Source: a phage. Taken from it: a stretch of DNA of 64,000 nucleotides. The notes beneath the pieces are model-generated. The model was not told where the DNA came from, searched no databases, and was given only the letters and a program-made list of their open reading frames with translations. Position numbers and translations under genes: made by a program. The stretch's first letter is position 1; each line of letters begins with the position of its first letter. The stretch lies in the sequence record PZ386972.1. One strand, given 5' to 3'. Shown here piece by piece: positions 59,104 to 64,000 of the stretch.

Positions 59104-59579
59104 TGTCGGTTTTCCACATTTATACAGATGGTGCTTGTAAGTCTAATCCAGGTCCAGGTGCTTGGGGTTTTATTGTCTATGATGATAACGACGATCGTTT
59201 AGGTTCTAAATCTGGATATAGTCCTAAAACTACAAATAATGAGATGGAACTCACGGCTATTGTAGAAGCTCTACGTTGGTCTGTTAAAAAAGATAATAGA
59301 CCAATTGCTATCTATACTGACTCTGCTTATTGCAAAAATGGCATGGAAAGTTGGATGTTTTCTTGGCAAAGGAAAGGCTGGAAGAAAGCAGATGGTGAAG
59401 TCCCTCTTAATCTAGAACTTTGGCAGGAAGCATTTAAATTAACACAGCAGTATATCAACTTTCACAATACTAATCCTACCTTTATTAAGGTTAAAGGACA
59501 TTCTGGTATTAGTGGTAATGAAGCTGTAGATGCATTGTGTAACACAGTTATTACTGAGGCTGAAATGGCCGAGATGTGA
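59103..59579 (+). CDS. ribonuclease H (RNase HI-like)
   Basis: IYTDGACKSNPGPGAWGF and TNNEMELTAI motifs; ATG at 59103 after GGGAGG, the six-frame ORF starts at 59091. Confidence 0.8.
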   Translation: MSVFHIYTDGACKSNPGPGAWGFIVYDDNDDRLGSKSGYSPKTTNNEMELTAIVEALRWSVKKDNRPIAIYTDSAYCKNGMESWMFSWQRKGWKKADGEVPLNLELWQEAFKLTQQYINFHNTNPTFIKVKGHSGISGNEAVDALCNTVITEAEMAEM

Positions 59580-59599
59580 TAAATAAATTAAAAATTTTC

Positions 59600-59628
59600 T
59601 TGCTTAAAGCCACCTAATTTAGTATAAT
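59600..59628 (+). promoter_or_regulatory. early promoter (TTGCTT, 17 bp, TATAAT)
   Basis: read directly; GAGGAGG RBS downstream. Confidence 0.6.
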
Positions 59629-59655
59629 ATTCGTATTGAAAGTGAGGAGGGCTTT

Positions 59656-59940
59656 ATGCGAATTTATAACTCAAATTCATTAGGATTTAAACCATTGAGA
59701 AAACGTGCACAATCACCTCGTCAAATAAGAAAGGCTAATATTGGTGAGCCAGAAACACGTCTTCCACCTCCTCCAGAACAACGTTTAGTTTATCTGGACG
59801 AAGAATTAGCTGAACGCGAAAGAAAAGCTCAAGAAGAGATTGAGCGTAAGAAAATGTGTACTGCCCCAGCCTACTCCAAAGGGGCTTATCAGTATATCTA
59901 TACAGCCGAAGAGGCCAAAGATGCGGGGCGTAAAAAATGA
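59656..59940 (+). CDS. hypothetical protein
   Basis: 94-aa ORF co-transcribed with NADAR gene. Confidence 0.4.
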   Translation: MRIYNSNSLGFKPLRKRAQSPRQIRKANIGEPETRLPPPPEQRLVYLDEELAERERKAQEEIERKKMCTAPAYSKGAYQYIYTAEEAKDAGRKK

Positions 59941-60386
59941 AGATTACTGAATTTAAAGGTGCTTATAGTTTCTTATCTAACTTTTATTTATCACCAATTA
60001 CTTTCGAATATCTGAATGAAATATGGCATGCTGATACTGTAGAACATGCTTTTCAGGCTATGAAATCCGACCAAAAAGATGATGTAGCTCATGTACTACG
60101 CTCCCTAAATGCAGGAGTTGCTAAACGTAGAGGACGTAAATTAATTCTACGCTCTGACTGGGATAAGGTAAAAGATGATGTAATGTTAGAGCTTTTACGG
60201 TTAAAGTTTGCAATCCCTGATTTGAGAGACAAACTGTTAGCAACAGAAAATGCAACTTTGATTGAAGGAAATACCTGGGGGGATACATATTGGGGTGTTT
60301 GCCGAGGCATCGGGGATAATACTTTAGGAGTTCTTTTGATGCAGGTAAGGTCTGAAATTAAAAGAAGCTTACAGTTAATAAATTAA
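59937..60386 (+). CDS. NADAR-family (YbiA-like) protein; putative ADP-ribose N-glycosidase
   Basis: 149 aa; YSFLSNFY, EHAFQAMK, LLATENATLIEGNTWGDTYWG align along the length of E. coli YbiA. Confidence 0.7.
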   Translation: MKITEFKGAYSFLSNFYLSPITFEYLNEIWHADTVEHAFQAMKSDQKDDVAHVLRSLNAGVAKRRGRKLILRSDWDKVKDDVMLELLRLKFAIPDLRDKLLATENATLIEGNTWGDTYWGVCRGIGDNTLGVLLMQVRSEIKRSLQLIN

Positions 60387-60394
60387 AAATTCAT

Positions 60395-60423
60395 TTGCTA
60401 AACGCTTCAAATTCTCGTATAAT
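60395..60423 (+). promoter_or_regulatory. early promoter (TTGCTA, 17 bp, TATAAT)
   Basis: read directly. Confidence 0.6.
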
Positions 60424-60461
60424 ATACTTCATAAATTGATAAACAAAAAGGAAAATAAATA

Positions 60462-60977
60462 ATGGCTAAGCAGAAAAACGCAAAAACTCAAGCAGCTCCG
60501 GCAGTTAAAACTTTCCCCCAGACTGAGGCTAACCGCAAAGCTCGTCTGGAACGCCACCTGCGTAAGCATCCTACCGATGCTCAGGCTGCGCAAGCACTGA
60601 ATAATCCGGCTCCGATTCGTCAAAAGCCGAAGGCTAAGAACGCTACTCGTTCTGTAGCCCGCCTTGTGACCTATGTACAGGGTTACGGTCACAAATCTGT
60701 TCCCGTAGCACTGAGTTTCAATGCTGGAGCAGAATTGTTCCCTCGTAATGGCATGGCCATGAAAGATTATGAGAAAGCAGTTAACCAGAAACGCAAACCA
60801 ACGGCAGATGTATTGCGTGATACTCGTGGACAGTTTGGTTCTGTTAAGCCAAATATCTTTGGCGTAGAGTATAGTAAAGATAATGTTCGTGCTCTGTGTT
60901 ACGGTGTAGGCATTAAGTTCACGGGTGATTCTGCTCGTAAATCTGCTAAACCAGCTCGTAAACGTAAAGAGAAGTAA
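60462..60977 (+). CDS. hypothetical basic protein
   Basis: 171 aa, Lys/Arg-rich termini. Confidence 0.45.
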   Translation: MAKQKNAKTQAAPAVKTFPQTEANRKARLERHLRKHPTDAQAAQALNNPAPIRQKPKAKNATRSVARLVTYVQGYGHKSVPVALSFNAGAELFPRNGMAMKDYEKAVNQKRKPTADVLRDTRGQFGSVKPNIFGVEYSKDNVRALCYGVGIKFTGDSARKSAKPARKRKEK

Positions 60978-61040
60978 TAGATAAATAGGGGCTTCTGCCC
61001 CTAGAATCTACTAATTCTCTAACTAATCAAGGATATTTTT

Positions 61041-61256
61041 ATGTTCTCTAAGAAACCACGTTCTGTTACTGAAATCGTTGCTTCCTTTACCACTATCACT
61101 GATGAGCTTCAAGCTCGTATTGAGGCTGATCAAAAAATTGCTGCGGATATTCAGAAACAGCAGGAAGAACTCGCTTTAAAGTTGGCTGAAACCAACAAGA
61201 GTGAAAAATCTGCCCAAACTATTATGGAAAATATCCTTAAACTGCTGGGCAAGTGA
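61041..61256 (+). CDS. hypothetical small coiled-coil protein
   Basis: 71-aa ORF preceded by AAGGA RBS. Confidence 0.4.
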   Translation: MFSKKPRSVTEIVASFTTITDELQARIEADQKIAADIQKQQEELALKLAETNKSEKSAQTIMENILKLLGK

Positions 61257-61297
61257 TTTAAATCAGGGGGCGAAAGCCCCTCTTATTTGGAGAAACT

Positions 61298-61534
61298 ATG
61301 CGTAATTTTGTAGCAAAGAATGATTTTAACCGTGCTAGCACCCATAAGTCAGCTAGGGATTATACACGACTTTCTAGTCATGAGGTAATGGATGCCTGTT
61401 ATGAAGAGCTGGAAGGTAGCTGGAATGAATGGCCCGACTTCTCTATGGAAGAGAACTGGGATGTCAGTGAGGATATGCTTCCTGGTTTTAAAGACCCCAA
61501 GAAGTGGGAGTCTATTAAAGAGACAGCTCTTTAA
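61298..61534 (+). CDS. hypothetical protein
   Basis: 78-aa ORF preceded by hairpin and GGAG RBS. Confidence 0.4.
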   Translation: MRNFVAKNDFNRASTHKSARDYTRLSSHEVMDACYEELEGSWNEWPDFSMEENWDVSEDMLPGFKDPKKWESIKETAL

Positions 61535-61562
61535 TAGTTTTCTACACAATAAAGGATAGATT

Positions 61563-62264
61563 ATGAAAGTAAAACCATTTGGTATGCTAGATATTGAATC
61601 TCTAGGAACTCCAGGAGATTGTGGTACTACTCATATCGCAATGCCTTCTTTCGCTTTTGTGGCTATGCATGGGATTGATAAAGACCCTGACTTAGTATTT
61701 GTTACTTTGGATGTGCAGGATCAGCTTAATTCTGGTGCCAAAGTTACAGCATCTACTCTAGCATTCTGGATGGATCAAGCTAAAAATAGCCCCTCTGCTA
61801 TTCACATAATGGAAGCTATGAAGGAACGTAATCCAAAACTGATTGCCTTCCAAAATGGTAAACATCATTGCACTAATAAATTAGGCTCAAACTATGCTGC
61901 CTTCTCTATGGCGCAAAATATTATGGAGTTGGCTCTAGGCGAAAATGCTTTGTATTATGGCAATGGCCCAGAGTTTGATATGACTATCTACTCTGCAAAC
62001 ACGTTCCATGCTGGAACCAATGAAGAGGTAGTTCCGTGGAAATTCTGGAATTTAGGCAATGTTCGATCTCTTCGTAATCTCTGGATGCAAGCTGGTTATA
62101 GTTACAAAGATCTAGAGGCTGAAGGTATTAGCTGGGCAAAAGCTAAAATGGAAAAGATGGACACCATTCGTTATGGGATCTATCCGGTTAAGCACGACCC
62201 AGCATTCGATGCCCTAGTTGAGGGCTATTGTGTTGCAGCTATGATCGAAAAAATGAAAATTTGA
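61563..62264 (+). CDS. putative DEDD-type 3'-5' exonuclease
   Basis: 233 aa; MLDIESLG (Exo I-like D-x-E) and KHDPAFDAL (H-x4-D) motifs; inference. Confidence 0.45.
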   Translation: MKVKPFGMLDIESLGTPGDCGTTHIAMPSFAFVAMHGIDKDPDLVFVTLDVQDQLNSGAKVTASTLAFWMDQAKNSPSAIHIMEAMKERNPKLIAFQNGKHHCTNKLGSNYAAFSMAQNIMELALGENALYYGNGPEFDMTIYSANTFHAGTNEEVVPWKFWNLGNVRSLRNLWMQAGYSYKDLEAEGISWAKAKMEKMDTIRYGIYPVKHDPAFDALVEGYCVAAMIEKMKI

Positions 62265-62265
62265 T

Positions 62266-62294
62266 TTGCTTCCGGCTCCAAAATTCTGTATAAT
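62266..62294 (+). promoter_or_regulatory. early promoter (TTGCTT, 17 bp, TATAAT)
   Basis: read directly; followed by CATAAATTTGAGA initial transcribed motif. Confidence 0.6.
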
Positions 62295-62334
62295 ATATTC
62301 ATAAATTTGAGAAAACAATAAAAGGAAAACAAAT

Positions 62335-62517
62335 ATGCCAGTATCTAAAAATGTTCGTAAAAATGGTAAGAAAGCTACTCGTAATCTTGGTATCCGTCGT
62401 ATGGCTGAACGTCAATCAGGTATCCAGAAAATCTTTGATCTGCTAAATCGTGCTAATCCTAAAATTGATAACAGTAACGATACTGTTCTGCGCACTCTGC
62501 TGGCAATTGGTCTGTAA
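62335..62517 (+). CDS. hypothetical small basic protein
   Basis: 60-aa ORF. Confidence 0.4.
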   Translation: MPVSKNVRKNGKKATRNLGIRRMAERQSGIQKIFDLLNRANPKIDNSNDTVLRTLLAIGL

Positions 62518-62570
62518 TAGACCAAGTTTAAACAAATTCAAATCTCAAACTTCATATAAGGAAGCAAATA

Positions 62571-63209
62571 ATGACTACTCGTATTTCTAAAACTCGTGCT
62601 CTGGCAACCATCAAATCTCTGGAAGCTAAAATCCGTAAAGCTACTGAACAACAGCTCCTGATCGCTGTTGGTGAAGGTAAGGATAAAAATAAGGTTGTAG
62701 TTGGCGCTGCAATCGAAGTAGACGATCTATCTGCTCGTATTAAGGCAGATTTCCAATCTCTCCTAGATATGATGTCCCAGCGTGATCGTATAAAAGCTGC
62801 TCTGATTAAGAGCAATGCGGAAACAGTAGTTGAGATTGGTTCTCGTAAGATGACTGTTGCGGAAGCAATTGAAGCTAAGCGTTCTATGGAACTTAAAGCT
62901 CAACTGCTGGCTAACATGCGTAAACAGTTCCATGCCGCTACGGTTAAGTTTAATACGCAGAAAGCACAGTTTGATGCTAAATATGAGCGTCTGCAGGATA
63001 GCATGGCTACCCGCGATAAGAAAACTTCCGAAGATGAAGTTAAAATGCAGCTCAACCTGCTGGAACTCAAGAATACTCCATTCTTGATTGATCCGCTGGA
63101 ACTGGAAAAGCTGATTAAGCAGCATGACGAGGAATATCAGGACTTTGCAACAAATGTTGACTTTGTTCTGTCCGAGTCTAACGCCTCTACCTTCATTGAA
63201 GTAGAGTAA
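62571..63209 (+). CDS. hypothetical coiled-coil protein
   Basis: 212-aa ORF. Confidence 0.45.
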   Translation: MTTRISKTRALATIKSLEAKIRKATEQQLLIAVGEGKDKNKVVVGAAIEVDDLSARIKADFQSLLDMMSQRDRIKAALIKSNAETVVEIGSRKMTVAEAIEAKRSMELKAQLLANMRKQFHAATVKFNTQKAQFDAKYERLQDSMATRDKKTSEDEVKMQLNLLELKNTPFLIDPLELEKLIKQHDEEYQDFATNVDFVLSESNASTFIEVE

Positions 63210-63592
63210 TAATTTAAAAGCTAGTAAATCGGTAGACGAAAGCCCAAGCATCTTACCTCGCAGCAGCGGTTGAAATACGAGGTTAAATAAGACCGCTGAC
63301 CATACTATAAAGTATAATCTATTGGAGATTATGTTTATTACACCAGCCTTTTAAGCTGACACGTAAGAACAAAGCGTCGTTGATATTACCGACACAACTT
63401 CAAAGATCAACATTTAAGTATGAAAGCTGAAAAGTTTAAAGAACTCAAACTTCTAAACTTCTAAAGCTAAAAGATGCAAAGTATTCGTTGATGATTCAAA
63501 CCCTAGATCAAAGGTACATGGCTTATAAGATATGGCCTGTGGCGCCTCTAGGCTGTTTATCGGTTTACTAGTTTCACAATTTAAAAATGTAT

Positions 63593-63621
63593 TTGCTAAT
63601 TTACTAAGTTATTTGTATAAT
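63593..63621 (+). promoter_or_regulatory. early promoter (TTGCTA, 17 bp, TATAAT)
   Basis: read directly. Confidence 0.6.
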
Positions 63622-63651
63622 ATATTTTTAAATTGATGAAACGAGGCTATT

Positions 63652-63969
63652 ATGACTTTTCATATTTTGATTGATGATGTGCGTAATCTTCACGGAATGG
63701 ACATTATCATTCGAACCCCAGAAGCCGCTGTAGAGTTTCTGAATAAAACTGATACCACAGGCCACTTCGTTTATATGGATAATGACTTGGCTGTAGATGG
63801 TATGGAAGGTTATCAAATTCTTCGTTTACTATTAGAATTTGGGCAGAGACCAAAGAAAGTGGTACTAGTAACCTCGAACCCAGTAGCTAAGCAAAATATG
63901 CGTAATGATTTGCTTGACTTAGGGTATAAAGAAAATCCCAATCGTGTTGAATATGATTGGCAGGAGTAA
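63652..63969 (+). CDS. hypothetical protein
   Basis: 105-aa ORF. Confidence 0.45.
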   Translation: MTFHILIDDVRNLHGMDIIIRTPEAAVEFLNKTDTTGHFVYMDNDLAVDGMEGYQILRLLLEFGQRPKKVVLVTSNPVAKQNMRNDLLDLGYKENPNRVEYDWQE

Positions 63970-63974
63970 AAAGA

Positions 63975-64000
63975 ATGAAGGCAGCTTTGCTTTTAGTAGC
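63975..64000 (+). CDS. 5' end of an ORF truncated by window edge
   Basis: ATG at 63975 after GGAG; MKAALLLVA... hydrophobic start. Confidence 0.3.

Noticed and set aside
1-64000. CRISPR arrays, integrase or transposase genes
   Set aside because: No direct-repeat/spacer arrays and no integrase- or transposase-like ORFs; the only mobile-like elements are free-standing HNH endonuclease genes.

Overview
This window reads as a contiguous segment of a T5-like siphophage (Tequintavirus-type) genome, in three transcriptional blocks. (1) 1-24069, + strand: late structural operon running terminase large subunit, HNH-like protein, portal, Ig-like decoration protein, prohead protease, major capsid protein, head/tail completion proteins, tail tube, chaperones, tape measure, distal tail and baseplate proteins, collar, and an L-shaped tail fibre with a C-terminal intramolecular chaperone. 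(2) 24117-51837, - strand: early replication/recombination block with dUTPase, flap endonuclease, SbcCD-like nuclease pair, an HNH homing endonuclease, helicases, family A DNA polymerase, DnaG-type primase, a split NAD-dependent ligase, a PC4-like protein, an AEP primase-helicase fusion, a Sir2-like protein, a HAD phosphatase and anaerobic RNR NrdD. (3) 52190-64000, + strand: early nucleotide-metabolism block with PhoH, NrdA, a homing endonuclease, NrdB, DHFR, thymidylate synthase, RNase H, a NADAR-family protein and a DEDD-type exonuclease. The assignment to T5 rests on gene order and sizes and on two sequences I recognise from memory (the PN25-type promoter at about 43320-43380 and the flap endonuclease N-terminus); none of this was checked against a database. 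Early genes carry a very regular promoter family (TTGCTW, 17 bp, TATAAT) and most operon ends have clear hairpin terminators. I see no clearly new multi-gene system. The most noteworthy accessory content is the NAD/ADP-ribose gene set (Sir2-like without zinc-ribbon cysteines, NADAR), an AEP primase-helicase behind a roughly 490-nt non-coding leader, the split ligase, three HNH endonuclease insertions, and a recurring motif after late terminators; these may already be annotated in T5-like phages.
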